Below are positions 29,411 through 40,175 of a DNA stretch of 64,000 nt, one piece after another. The DNA lies in the IMG/VR virus record IMGVR_UViG_3300025849_000016, positions 42,705-106,704 of that record. One strand, written 5' to 3'. Numbering within the stretch: position 1 is the stretch's first letter; each line of letters starts with the position of its first letter. The position numbers were made by a program, and so were the translations under genes. Below the pieces are notes generated by a model that was not told the origin of the DNA, ran no database searches, and saw nothing but the letters and a program-made list of their open reading frames with translations. The DNA comes from a virus.

Positions 29411-32400
29411 TTAGAAAGTGCCTTCGTCAATTGTGTCTGTCCAAACTGGAACTCCGCTACCGTCAGTTGTAAGTATTTGATTACTTGTTGATGCGTCTGC
29501 ATCTCCTGATGCTGCTGTAACTTGAACATCCCCTGTGCCGTTACCATATAAAATGCCTTTTGATGTTAGTGTGCTTACACCTGTACCACCATGTTCAACT
29601 GCTAGATCACCGCTTGTAACAATGCTGTTAACAGTTAAGTCTTGTACATATAAATCGTTAAACTCTGCATCGCCAGCATTACCACTGAATATTTCGTTTG
29701 AGTTAGTTGAGTCTGGCTTAAATGTAAATCGTCCTGTTGATTCATCATATCCAAAGAATCCAACCTTTGCATCTGTTCCATTGTGCCAAAGGAATTCTAT
29801 ACCTCTGTCTTTCGAATCGTTAATGCTCGGAGCTGTATCACCACCTAAAGTAAACACCGGATCATCAATAGTAACTGTTGTACTATCTACTGTGGTAGTT
29901 GTACCTTGAACAGTTAAGTTACCAGCAATAGTCACTGTACCGCCAACTCCTGCTGTGTCAGGATCAATTATTAATCCGCCTGTAGTAGTACCAATTGTAG
30001 TTCCATTAATAGTAATATCATCAATGTCTGCTTGACCGGTAACATTTAATGTTCCATTTAGTCCTAGTGTGTTGCTTGAGAATGTAAAGTTTGCACTGTC
30101 AATTAATCTACCACCTGTGCCAGCTACTGGCACTCTATGCTGTGTTAGATCTTCTACTACTGATCCTGCTACGGTTGCAACTCCGTCAACATTAATAGTA
30201 CCACTAACTGTAGCATCACCTGTTATAGCAAGTGTATCAGAAGTAAATGTTAAGTTTCCGCTATCTTCTACTTCTCCATTAGTGCCAGCTAGTAAAACCC
30301 TACCATCTGTTAAGTCACTTATTTTAGCTGTTGCTAAAGTAGTTGCGCCTTGCACATTTAGTGTTGTGCTTACATCTAAAGCACCAGTAATATTTGTCGA
30401 ATCTTGTAATTCAATTGTGCCTGATCCATTAGTTCTTAATTCTAAATCAGTTGCACTTACTGTAGTTTGAATTACATTTGTATCAATTAATATATCACCA
30501 ACATCAACTCTGTTTGAATAAGTTGTATCGTTATATAGATCCATCAATGTAGATGAACTTGGCATATGAACCCTTAGTCCGTTATTATACGAACTCATAG
30601 TAGTATCACCTAAGTAAATTGAATTACCATTTAAGTATAGATCATTCCAACGTAAATCTTCAGTACCTAGGTCATATGTATTTGATACACTTGGAACAAT
30701 ATGGCTATCAACTCTACCACCAAATGTAATAGTTTGAGCAGTAGTTGCACCTAAATCAACATTACCATTAACTTGTATATTACCTGTAATTGTTGCTGCG
30801 GCGTCAACAGTTAGCAACGAGCTACTAAATGTAAGCTGTGCAGTATCTTCTACTTCGCCATTACCGCCTGCAATTAAAATACGATCCTCAGTTAAATCAG
30901 TGACAGCTAGAGTTGGAAAACTAGATCCTGATGATGATTCTAATTGTGGTACAGTAAGTGTTGTACCATCAAAAGTAAATCCAGAATCGTCAACTAATGC
31001 ACCGTCTGTTCCGACAAATATAACACGACCTGCTGTTAAATCTGAAACAATTGCACTTGCTAAAGTAGTTTCTCCTGTTACGCCTAATGTACCTGCAATT
31101 GCTGTATCGCCACTTGCAGACGCTACTGTTAGCTTGTTAGCACCAACTACAAAGGTTGTGCCGTCATATGTTAAGTTACTACTACCACTTAGTCTGCCGC
31201 CTGTACTAGGAACAACAATTTGATTGATTGTTAAATCTTCAACAGTTGCTTCGGCTAGTGTTGCCAGTCCGTCTATATCAACAGTGCCGCTTACTGTAGC
31301 ATCACCTGTAATATTTGTGCTATCAAGTAATTCAATTGCACCTGTACCTGCAACACTTAATTCTAAATTAGCATTTGATGCAGTTGTTCTAATTTGGTTA
31401 CCACTAATTGTAATATCATCTAATTCAATAGTATTAGAACCAAATATTGTACCGTTTATAGTAAGTGTTCCATCAACTAGTAAATCGTTTGTTACACTTG
31501 CTATTGCAAGGGCAGTACTAGGTTTAAATGTATCTGCTGCTGCATCATAAATTAGTGCTTGTCCGTCTATTATTCCTGATGTATCAACATCAATTAAGTC
31601 ATTTATGTTCGGAGTTACATTTTCAAATTCTGTACCAAGTGTACCAGCATATGTATATGCAGCTCTTTCAGGGGTTATATAGTTACTTGAATCATAACGT
31701 GCTGATGTTGTAACTCTAAAGTCGTCAATGTTACCATTTATATAACCTTCTAAACCATTTGCTGCTGCTGGGTTACCACCAATGTTCCAATCTGTGGCTG
31801 TTAATTCTCTAGTGTAAGCTGAACTTGCACTTATTGTACCGTTAATGTGTCTATATAGTGTGCCGCCTGTTCTTGTAAAACTTACATAATACCATGTATT
31901 TGGAGTTAAAGATGTTGCTGTTAAAATATTTCCATTACTGTCGGTTACACCAAGTGACCCACTAATTTGAAACGATGTAGTGTCATCTGCAGAGTAAATA
32001 TAACCTGATACACTACTATCATGGTACACCCAAAAATCAATTGTAAAATCACTAGTACCAATTGCTGTTCGTGTTACATTTAGATAAGAATTAGTACCGT
32101 TACCTAAATAACTACCAGTTCCGAATTTTTTAACTGTTTGTGTAATTTTTGCATCACCATTGGCAGTAATTGTGCCAGCAATATTACTTTCATCTAAGAA
32201 TGTTGTAGCATCTTCACTACCATTACTAGGAATTAACAATAATGTGTTTCCGTATGCAGTATCACCAAACGATCCGCCATAGCGTAAATATTGTCCTGGT
32301 TTAATATTTGATATTGAAACATCACCGATACCATCAACACTTGCTGCTGCTAAGTCAGTTGTAAAATCAGCTGTTTTATATGTTGTAACACTAAACACAC

Positions 32401-35400
32401 CTGTGCCACTATCAAACGATAGATCACCGCCTGCACTTACTGCTGCACGTACTCTAGTGTCAGTATAATATTTGTTTGTACCTTCGCTTAAATCAGATGT
32501 GCTATGATTGCTTATATCACTTACAGTGCCAGTAACATCACCAGTTAAGTCACCTATAAATGTCGCAGCAACAAACGTTTCTGTTCCTATAGTCCATCTA
32601 TTATTTGTTTCGTCCCATAGCAATGTAACATTAGTGTCGTCACCACGTTCAATTTCAAGTCCTGCATCTTCAGTTGCACTACCTGTTGCATTTGAATTTA
32701 ATTTAATTGTATTGTCAGCTAAATTAATTTCTTCTGTGTTTACAGTTGTTGTAGATCCACTTACAGTTAAGTTGCCACTAATAACAACATTGCCACTTGC
32801 TGTAACTGTAGCTGCTGTAATATCGTCTGTTGTTAATGTACCAGCTACAGTAACATCATTAAATTCAACATCATCAGATGTTCCTACTGCTTGACCAATA
32901 CTAATTACACCTGTTGCATTATTATATGTTACACCTGTACCGCCACTTAAATCAGCAGAAGTAATATAAGCAGAGCCAGAATTGTCAAATCCTATTTCAC
33001 CTGTTGCACTATTATATGTTATCGGAGATGCTGCTGCACTAATTAATCCACGCACTTCTGCATCTGTACGCTCAGTAAATGATATAACACCAGTTGTGTT
33101 ATTATAATTAATATCACCGCTTGCACTAATTTTTGCTCTTACTTCTGCGGCACTTGGACCTGTATAAGTAAACGCACCAGTAGCAGTATTATATGTCATA
33201 CTTCCGTCGCCGCCGGCATCAGTTAAAGTAATTGCTTGTCTTGCTCTAGCTTGTGTAAAGTATTCGTTAGTAGAACCTTCTGATAAATCGTCAGTTGATT
33301 TATTACCAAAATCAGTATTAAAATCAGATGTTTTATATGTAGTTACACTAAACAAGCCTGTTGCACTATTATATGTTAAGTCGCCACCTGCACTAAAGTT
33401 TCCTCTAATATCTGCTGCACTTGGACCTGTATACGTAAGTGCACCAGTTGAATTATTATATGCAAAAGATCCAAACCCTCCTGCATCAGTAGCACTTATA
33501 CTAGTTCTTGCTCTAGCTTGTGTAAAGTATTGATTAGTAGAACCTTCTGATAAATCGTCGGTGTCAAAATTGCTAATATCACTTACTTGTCCAGTAATGT
33601 TACCAGTAACAGCAGCATAAACTCTGTTAAACTGTGCATCACCTAGTGTTCCAGTAAACACTTCTGAAGTGTTAGTAGCATTTGGTATAAAGCTAAAGCG
33701 CCCTGTACCTTCGTCTAATCCAAAAAATCCTACTTTTGCAGATGTATCCCAGTGTAGGAATTCAATACCTCTGTCTTTACCATCACTTGCACTTAGACCA
33801 CTTATGCCAACTCTTAGTACTGGATCTTCAGTTGTTGTTACAGTTGATTCTACAGTTGTAGTTGTACCTTGGACAGTTAAGTTTCCTGTAACAGTTAGAT
33901 TATTGTCAACACTTACATTTTGATTTGCTGCATCAATTACAATCCCGCCACCTGTTTCACCGTTTGCACGTAGGTAAAGTGTGTTTGATGCGAAAATTCT
34001 AAAGTTATCACTACCGTCATTGTCAAACGCACCAACGTTTGTCATACGTAATCCGCTACCGGTTTGTGCAATACGTAATGTATCTGCTACTGTAAGAGAA
34101 TTGCCTGTGGCATTTGCTGCTATTACACCACTTGCTGTTATAGCTGCGGTAGTTGTTTCACCTGTTACTCCAAGTGTTCCGCCAACTGTAGTATTATTAG
34201 TAACTTCTAATGTGTTGCTCGGTATTAAAACGCTACCTGTACCAGCTGCTTTAAGTTCTAGATCGGTATTTGTATTGTATGTTTCAATAAAATTATCATC
34301 TATACGAATTTGATCTGTTTCAAAAATTGCAGAACTAATTGTACCACTTGCATTAATATCTACACCACTTAGTGTTGCATATGTTAAAGTTCCGCCTGCT
34401 GTAATGTCACCTGTAACAACTAAGTTACGCCCAACTGTTGCATCTCTTGTTAGAATTAAATCATTACTAATTGTTACATCATTTCCTATTGTAACATCAT
34501 CTGGTAAACTAACAGCAATTTTATTATTACTTACTGTTACAGTTATTTCATTAGTAGTTCCTTCAACAGTTAATTGTTCAGTTAATAAGTCAATAGTAGT
34601 TGAATTTGATCCGTCTGTAATATCTAATGTTTCTACTAATGTTGATGTTGAAACACCTGTAACTCTACCGTATTCATCTACAGTTAACACAGGTATAGAA
34701 GTTGCACCTCCATAAGTGCCTGACGGATCAACACTTAATGCATCTAATGCATATGTAACTTCATTGTTTGAAATTGCGCTTGAAAGACCAGTGCCACCTG
34801 TAAATGTTATAGTTTCGCCACCTGCTACTACATCAGTGTTAGACCCGTCACTTAACCCTATACTTGTAGTTATTGACTGTGTTGTTACTGTTGTAATACG
34901 CCCTTGCGCATCAACAGTAATAACTGGAATTGAAGTTGTAGAACCGTATGTTGCTGCTGTTACACCCGAGTTAGGCAATGACAATACAGGAGTACTACTT
35001 TCGCCACTACCGCCTGTTATAGTTATATGTCCAGATGTAGCACTAATTGATTCGATATAATCACCAGTTGTATCTGTACCTAATGCTACACTGTTTGCAC
35101 CTATTGTAAGTGCAACGTTTGATACGTCTGCGCTTCCATCAATACTAAACGATCCAGTTACGTCACCTGTAGCAAAAGTTACTGTTCTAGAATTTTCCCA
35201 AGCACTTGCAGTATCAGCATTACCTGTTACATCTCCTGTTACGTCACCTGTTACATCTCCTGTTACGTCACCTGTAAATGTTGCATTAGTTCCATCAGTG
35301 CCATTTTCTAATATTTTACTAGTACCATTACTTGCAAATATATCACCAATTATACTGCCTGAAAGTTTATTAACACCTAAACTTACTGGTTTATTAAACG

Positions 35401-38400
35401 CAATATGTTGACCTACATGATTCCATACTAAAGTAGCTTCACCGTCAGTACCTAAGTCAATAGTTAGACCTGCACCGTTTGCTGTTGAACTATCAGTTGT
35501 TCCTTTTGCAACAGTTATGTTAATATCATCTACATCAAGTGTTGTACTATTAATAGTAGTTGTGTTGCCATTTACTGTTAGATTGCCTGTAATAACAACA
35601 TTACCACTTGCTGTAACTGTAGATGCAGTAATGTCATCAGTATTTAAAGTACCATTTGCTGTTATGTTATTAAATATAACATTGTCAGTAGTTCCAACAG
35701 CCTGTCCGATTGCAAGTGTAGGTGTAGTACCTTCACCTGTATTGTTTGTTATAGTTACGCCAGTACCAGCAACTAATGATTCTACGTAATCACCGGTTGT
35801 ATCTGTTCCTAATACTAAGTTACCTGGGTTAAATGTAGTTGTAAGACTAACATTTCCTGACCCGTCAAAAGTAACAGTATCTGAAGTTACATCACCTGTT
35901 AAATTAAACGATCTTGCTGTAGCAAGAATTGTTGCAGTGTCGGCGTTACCAGTAACATCGCCAGTTACGTCACCAGTAAATGTTGCATCAGATCCATCAG
36001 TTCCGTTTTCAAGCACTTTACTAGTGCCATTACTTGCAAATACATCACCAGTTAAATTGCCAACAACGTTACCAACTACTGCACCAGTGTGTACGCCAAC
36101 AGTGTCACCTGTAATATCTCCAGTTGCATCTATTGTTGTAAAATTACCTGCTGCTGCTGTTGTTGCACCTATTACACTATTATTAATTGCAACGCCATCA
36201 ATAGTGCCGCCGTTAACGTCAATTGTAGTAAATGTACTTGTGCCTGTAGATGTTACATCACCAGTTACATCACCAGTTAAATCACCAGTTACATCACCAG
36301 TTACATCACCAGTTAAGTCACCAGTAACATCACCTGTAAACGTTGCATCAGTGCCATCTGTACCATTTTCTAATATCTTGCTTGTGCCGTTGTTTGCATA
36401 AACATCACCAACTAAGTCACCAGTAATATCGCCCGTAACTGCACCTTCAAATGTTGCTGCTTTTACAGTTTGATATACAGGAGTTCCTGCTGCATCTTTA
36501 AATTCAAACTTGTCTGTAGTTTCATTCCAAAGTATTTGTACGTCAACAACAGAACCTCTGTTAATAAGTAAACCTGCATCTTGTGTAGGAGCAGTACCTG
36601 CACCTAAATTACTGTTAAGTTCAATTTGATTATCAGCAAGTTTAATTTCTTCTGTGTTGACTGTTGTAGTTGTACCACTTACTGTTAAGTTACCACTAAT
36701 AACAACGTTGCCGCTTGCTGTAACTGTTGCTGCTGTAATGTCGTCTGTTGTTAATGTACCAGCTACAGTAACATCATTAAATTCAACATCATCAGTTGTA
36801 CCTACTGCTTGACCTATTGCAATTGTAGGAGTTGCGCCTTCGCCTGTGTTATTTGTTAGAGTTACGCCAGTACCTGCAACTAGTGATTCAACATAGTCAC
36901 CAACTGTGTCTGTTCCTAGGTCAACACTATTAGCTTGTATTACACTATTAAGAACAACATTTCCAGTGCCGTCAAAACTTATTGGGCTTGCAACAACATC
37001 ACCAGTTATACTAAAGTTTCTTGCAGTTTCTAATGCAGTTGCAGTATCAGCATTACCTGTTACGTCACCTGTAACATCACCTGTAAATGTTGCATCAGTT
37101 CCATCGGTTCCGTTTTCTAGAATTTTTGTTCCGTCATTACTATAAATGTCACCTGTAATATCACCGCTGATTGTAGCAGTAACAATATTATTAATAGCAT
37201 CTACAAGTAATGTACTATCGTCACCAAACACACTACCTTTTACATCACCTAAATGGTAACCTGTAGTATCACCTGTTAAATCACCAGTTACATCACCAGT
37301 TACATTACCTGTTAAATCACCAGTCACATCACCTGTGAACGTTGCATCGGTACCATCAGTGCCACTATCTAAAACAGTAGTACCTCCAGTGGCCTTAACG
37401 TCGCCTTTAAAGAATGCATTTGTACCGTCAGTGCCACTATCTAAAACTGTCTGTCCACCAGTAGATTTAACATCACCTGTTAATGAACCAGCAAATGATG
37501 TAGATGTAATTATGCCACCTGCAGGATTATATGATAATCCGTTATCAACTTCTAATCCGTTTACACCTGTTGAAGAACTATCAGCAAAAACAAGATATAC
37601 ATTTTCGTTTGCAGTTGCATTTGCTGTTATAGTAACTTCAGTTGCACTGTCAGCGTTACCAACTAAGTCAGCTGTAATAGTGCCTGCTGCAAAATCTCCA
37701 CTTGCATCTCTAGATACAATTGTACTAGCAGTATTAGATGCAGTTGCATTTGAAACTATTTCATATTGAACTGCTTCGCCTGCTACTTGTGCAACACTTA
37801 AACCAACACCACTTACAGTAATATCTTCAGCATAATTACCTGTTGTGTCAGTACCTAAAAGAACTGCATTTTCTCCAACTGTAGCTGTCAATGTAACATT
37901 TTGTGAGCCGTTTATTGATACACTACCTACTAAATCTCCACCTAATGTAATGGTTCTAGCAGTAGCCCAAGACCCTGAAGTACCAGTTACATTACCAGTT
38001 ACGTCACCTGTAACATCGCCAACTAAGTCAGCATGTACTGTTCCAAATTGAGCATCTCCAGCATTTCCACTAAAAACTTCTGAATTGTTAACTGCTTCAG
38101 GGATGTAAGTAAACCTTCCCGTGCTGTTATCAAATCCAAAAAATCCTCTTTTTGATGCTGATCCATTATGCCAAAGGAATTCACTACCTCTATCTTTACT
38201 ATCATTTGCTAGTAAACTACTTACACCTAACCGTATAACTGGATCTTCTATTGTCATTACAGTTGTATCAACTGTTGTTGTAGATCCGCTTACTGTTAAA
38301 TTTCCGTCTACAAATAAATCATTACCAACAGTAAGATTTGTTGTAATTTCTACTGTACTAGGAAGTCCTACGGTTACTTTGTTATTTGATACAACAACTT

Positions 38401-40171
38401 CTGTTTCAAGTGCTGTGCCTTCAAATGTAAGTGTATCAGTAAGCAAACTAACAGTATCATTGTTTGTTCCGTCAGTTATACTTAATTGTGTAGCAACATT
38501 AATTTCTTCTGCAAATGTAAGTCTGCCATAATTATCTACAGTAAAGCTAGGTATAGCAGTAGCACTACCATATGTACCAGTGCTAACACTTGTAGTGTTT
38601 AATCCTATTGTAACTGATGCACTTTCTAATCCACTTCCTGATAATACAAGTGTTGCATTTCCGTCATCTGTTATTGTTTCTACGTAGTTACCAGTTGTGT
38701 CATCTCCTAATACTATTGAATCTAATTCAATAGTTGTAGTCAAAATTGCATTTGCAGATCCGTCAAATGATGCTGTACCAGTAACATCGCCTTGTAGTGT
38801 GATATTTCTTGCTGTTGCTAATGCTGTAGCAGTATCTGCGTTACCAACTAAGTCACCTGTAAATGTAGTAAATGTTGCATCAGTTCCAAATAGTGTAGTA
38901 ATGTATCCTTCACTCCAGTATGCACTCGAAGAACCTATGTTTAGTGTGTTGCTACCTGATGGTATTACATCAGATGCTAATACAGCATTTAACGTAATAG
39001 TATCTGAACTTCCATCACCTAATTCTGTATTTCCGCTTACTGTTAATATAGGCGTTGTTATTCCGCCTTGTGATATTTCTAAACCTGTTGAAACAAATCT
39101 AGCAACTTCTGTGCTGTTTATTTCTGCAAGTATAGCATTACCTGCATCAAGTACAATGTTTGTTGCACTTTCTAAAGTCGGAGTACCTGTACCGTCACTT
39201 ATAAAACTTTCAGCTGTAACAGCACCATTTACTTCAAATGTTGTACCGTCCCAAGTTACATCACTACTAGTTGTTAACTCGCCGTTAGCTGATGCAATTA
39301 CAATCCCTTCGTCTGTTAAATCACTAACTTCTAATGATGTAACTTTAACTGCATTTAATATATCTATAATACCAGAGCCACTCGCTGCTAATTCTAAATT
39401 AGCATTAGTATTAAATGTTTCGATTCTATTTCCGTTAATTGCAATTTGATCTAAAGTTAAATTACCATTAGGATCAATACTTACATTATCACCAATATTA
39501 GTAGTACCACCGCCACCAATATTAGTAGTGCCGCCATCGCCTGCACCTATATCTAAATCATCGCCTGGAGGAGTTGTAATTTCAGTGCCGCCATCGCCTC
39601 CGCCAATAGTAATACCACCTATTTGTGTACCACCAGAAGATGATGGACCAAATGTTCCTGTGTATACTGCACCTACAACATATATAACTTTTGATGCAGT
39701 TAGGACACTTGGTAGATTATCTCCTATAAAATGTACTGTACCTGCTTGATAGTCAAAAAACCATTCGTCGCTATTACCAGCACCAACAGCAAATAATTGT
39801 GTACCTGTGCTAGTTGGATCAGCTGCGCTAGGACTATCAACATATACTTTAACATTATATGTAGCACCAAATTCTGTAGGTATCCAATCAGTACTTCCAG
39901 TTAACCATGTACGCCTAGTACTTGCTGTTCCGTCTTCAGTACATTCTACAGCATTAGCACCTGTGTATATTGTTACCGGATTTGAAGTTGTAGTAGGTAT
40001 CGTTGCAGGTATATTAGCACTGTCTCCCCATATCTTATCGCTTCTTATAAGTAAAGGACTTGCTATGGCTTCGTTTGTAGCACCTTTGTTAGATTCAACA
40101 TCTGACTTGCTAACTCCGTATCCTATCTTTTTCCAAAGGTAGTCAATTTTTTGTATATCGCTTATAGCCAT
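29411..40171 (-). CDS. Giant fibre protein (3586 aa) with LamG/ConA-like domain and many shaft repeats
   Basis: Uninterrupted ORF; N-terminus shared with 40176..48743; GD(V/L)T repeats; DFTIDFWVY...WYYVSFTR...IDDFRVT LamG-like domain at ~31660-32280; ends IDEGTF. Confidence 0.85.
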   Translation of the reverse strand: MAISDIQKIDYLWKKIGYGVSKSDVESNKGATNEAIASPLLIRSDKIWGDSANIPATIPTTTSNPVTIYTGANAVECTEDGTASTRRTWLTGSTDWIPTEFGATYNVKVYVDSPSAADPTSTGTQLFAVGAGNSDEWFFDYQAGTVHFIGDNLPSVLTASKVIYVVGAVYTGTFGPSSSGGTQIGGITIGGGDGGTEITTPPGDDLDIGAGDGGTTNIGGGGTTNIGDNVSIDPNGNLTLDQIAINGNRIETFNTNANLELAASGSGIIDILNAVKVTSLEVSDLTDEGIVIASANGELTTSSDVTWDGTTFEVNGAVTAESFISDGTGTPTLESATNIVLDAGNAILAEINSTEVARFVSTGLEISQGGITTPILTVSGNTELGDGSSDTITLNAVLASDVIPSGSNTLNIGSSSAYWSEGYITTLFGTDATFTTFTGDLVGNADTATALATARNITLQGDVTGTASFDGSANAILTTTIELDSIVLGDDTTGNYVETITDDGNATLVLSGSGLESASVTIGLNTTSVSTGTYGSATAIPSFTVDNYGRLTFAEEINVATQLSITDGTNNDTVSLLTDTLTFEGTALETEVVVSNNKVTVGLPSTVEITTNLTVGNDLFVDGNLTVSGSTTTVDTTVMTIEDPVIRLGVSSLLANDSKDRGSEFLWHNGSASKRGFFGFDNSTGRFTYIPEAVNNSEVFSGNAGDAQFGTVHADLVGDVTGDVTGNVTGTSGSWATARTITLGGDLVGSVSINGSQNVTLTATVGENAVLLGTDTTGNYAEDITVSGVGLSVAQVAGEAVQYEIVSNATASNTASTIVSRDASGDFAAGTITADLVGNADSATEVTITANATANENVYLVFADSSSTGVNGLEVDNGLSYNPAGGIITSTSFAGSLTGDVKSTGGQTVLDSGTDGTNAFFKGDVKATGGTTVLDSGTDGTDATFTGDVTGDLTGNVTGDVTGDLTGDTTGYHLGDVKGSVFGDDSTLLVDAINNIVTATISGDITGDIYSNDGTKILENGTDGTDATFTGDVTGDVTGNADTATALETARNFSITGDVVASPISFDGTGNVVLNSVIQANSVDLGTDTVGDYVESLVAGTGVTLTNNTGEGATPTIAIGQAVGTTDDVEFNDVTVAGTLTTDDITAATVTASGNVVISGNLTVSGTTTTVNTEEIKLADNQIELNSNLGAGTAPTQDAGLLINRGSVVDVQILWNETTDKFEFKDAAGTPVYQTVKAATFEGAVTGDITGDLVGDVYANNGTSKILENGTDGTDATFTGDVTGDLTGDVTGDVTGDLTGDVTGDVTSTGTSTFTTIDVNGGTIDGVAINNSVIGATTAAAGNFTTIDATGDITGDTVGVHTGAVVGNVVGNLTGDVFASNGTSKVLENGTDGSDATFTGDVTGDVTGNADTATILATARSFNLTGDVTSDTVTFDGSGNVSLTTTFNPGNLVLGTDTTGDYVESLVAGTGVTITNNTGEGTTPTLAIGQAVGTTDNVIFNNITANGTLNTDDITASTVTASGNVVITGNLTVNGNTTTINSTTLDVDDINITVAKGTTDSSTANGAGLTIDLGTDGEATLVWNHVGQHIAFNKPVSLGVNKLSGSIIGDIFASNGTSKILENGTDGTNATFTGDVTGDVTGDVTGDVTGNADTASAWENSRTVTFATGDVTGSFSIDGSADVSNVALTIGANSVALGTDTTGDYIESISATSGHITITGGSGESSTPVLSLPNSGVTAATYGSTTSIPVITVDAQGRITTVTTQSITTSIGLSDGSNTDVVAGGETITFTGGTGLSSAISNNEVTYALDALSVDPSGTYGGATSIPVLTVDEYGRVTGVSTSTLVETLDITDGSNSTTIDLLTEQLTVEGTTNEITVTVSNNKIAVSLPDDVTIGNDVTISNDLILTRDATVGRNLVVTGDITAGGTLTYATLSGVDINASGTISSAIFETDQIRIDDNFIETYNTNTDLELKAAGTGSVLIPSNTLEVTNNTTVGGTLGVTGETTTAAITASGVIAANATGNSLTVADTLRIAQTGSGLRMTNVGAFDNDGSDNFRIFASNTLYLRANGETGGGIVIDAANQNVSVDNNLTVTGNLTVQGTTTTVESTVTTTEDPVLRVGISGLSASDGKDRGIEFLHWDTSAKVGFFGLDEGTGRFSFIPNATNTSEVFTGTLGDAQFNRVYAAVTGNITGQVSDISNFDTDDLSEGSTNQYFTQARARTSISATDAGGFGSFAYNNSTGALTYTGPSAADIRGNFSAGGDLTYNSATGLFSVTTYKTSDFNTDFGNKSTDDLSEGSTNEYFTQARARQAITLTDAGGDGSMTYNTATGAFTYTGPSAAEVRAKISASGDINYNNTTGVISFTERTDAEVRGLISAAASPITYNSATGEIGFDNSGSAYITSADLSGGTGVTYNNATGVISIGQAVGTSDDVEFNDVTVAGTLTTDDITAATVTASGNVVISGNLTVSGSTTTVNTEEINLADNTIKLNSNATGSATEDAGLEIERGDDTNVTLLWDETNNRWTIGTETFVAATFIGDLTGDVTGTVSDISNHSTSDLSEGTNKYYTDTRVRAAVSAGGDLSFDSGTGVFSVTTYKTADFTTDLAAASVDGIGDVSISNIKPGQYLRYGGSFGDTAYGNTLLLIPSNGSEDATTFLDESNIAGTITANGDAKITQTVKKFGTGSYLGNGTNSYLNVTRTAIGTSDFTIDFWVYHDSSVSGYIYSADDTTSFQISGSLGVTDSNGNILTATSLTPNTWYYVSFTRTGGTLYRHINGTISASSAYTRELTATDWNIGGNPAAANGLEGYINGNIDDFRVTTSARYDSSNYITPERAAYTYAGTLGTEFENVTPNINDLIDVDTSGIIDGQALIYDAAADTFKPSTALAIASVTNDLLVDGTLTINGTIFGSNTIELDDITISGNQIRTTASNANLELSVAGTGAIELLDSTNITGDATVSGTVDIDGLATLAEATVEDLTINQIVVPSTGGRLSGSSNLTYDGTTFVVGANKLTVASASGDTAIAGTLGVTGETTLASAIVSDLTAGRVIFVGTDGALVDDSGFTFDGTTLTVPQLESSSGSSFPTLAVTDLTEDRILIAGGNGEVEDTAQLTFSSSLLTVDAAATITGNIQVNGNVDLGATTAQTITFGGRVDSHIVPSVSNTYDLGTEDLRWNDLYLNGNSIYLGDTTMSSYNNGLRVHMPSSSTLMDLYNDTTYSNRVDVGDILIDTNVIQTTVSATDLELRTNGSGTIELQDSTNITGALDVSTTLNVQGATTLATAKISDLTDGRVLLAGTNGEVEDSGNLTFTSDTLAITGDATVSGTINVDGVATVAGSVVEDLTQHRVPVAGTGGRLIDSANFTFSSNTLGLNGTLNVTGQADIDDITINGTTIGTTTGGLIIDPDTAGVGGTVTIAGNLTVQGTTTTVDSTTVTIDDPVFTLGGDTAPSINDSKDRGIEFLWHNGTDAKVGFFGYDESTGRFTFKPDSTNSNEIFSGNAGDAEFNDLYVQDLTVNSIVTSGDLAVEHGGTGVSTLTSKGILYGNGTGDVQVTAASGDADASTSNQILTTDGSGVPVWTDTIDEGTF
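36255..36340 (-). repeat. 12-bp tandem coding repeat (GD[V/L]T)n
   Basis: catcaccagtta-like units repeated about 7 times; similar runs near 22290, 35240 and 37290. Confidence 0.8.
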
Positions 40172-40175
40172 TTAA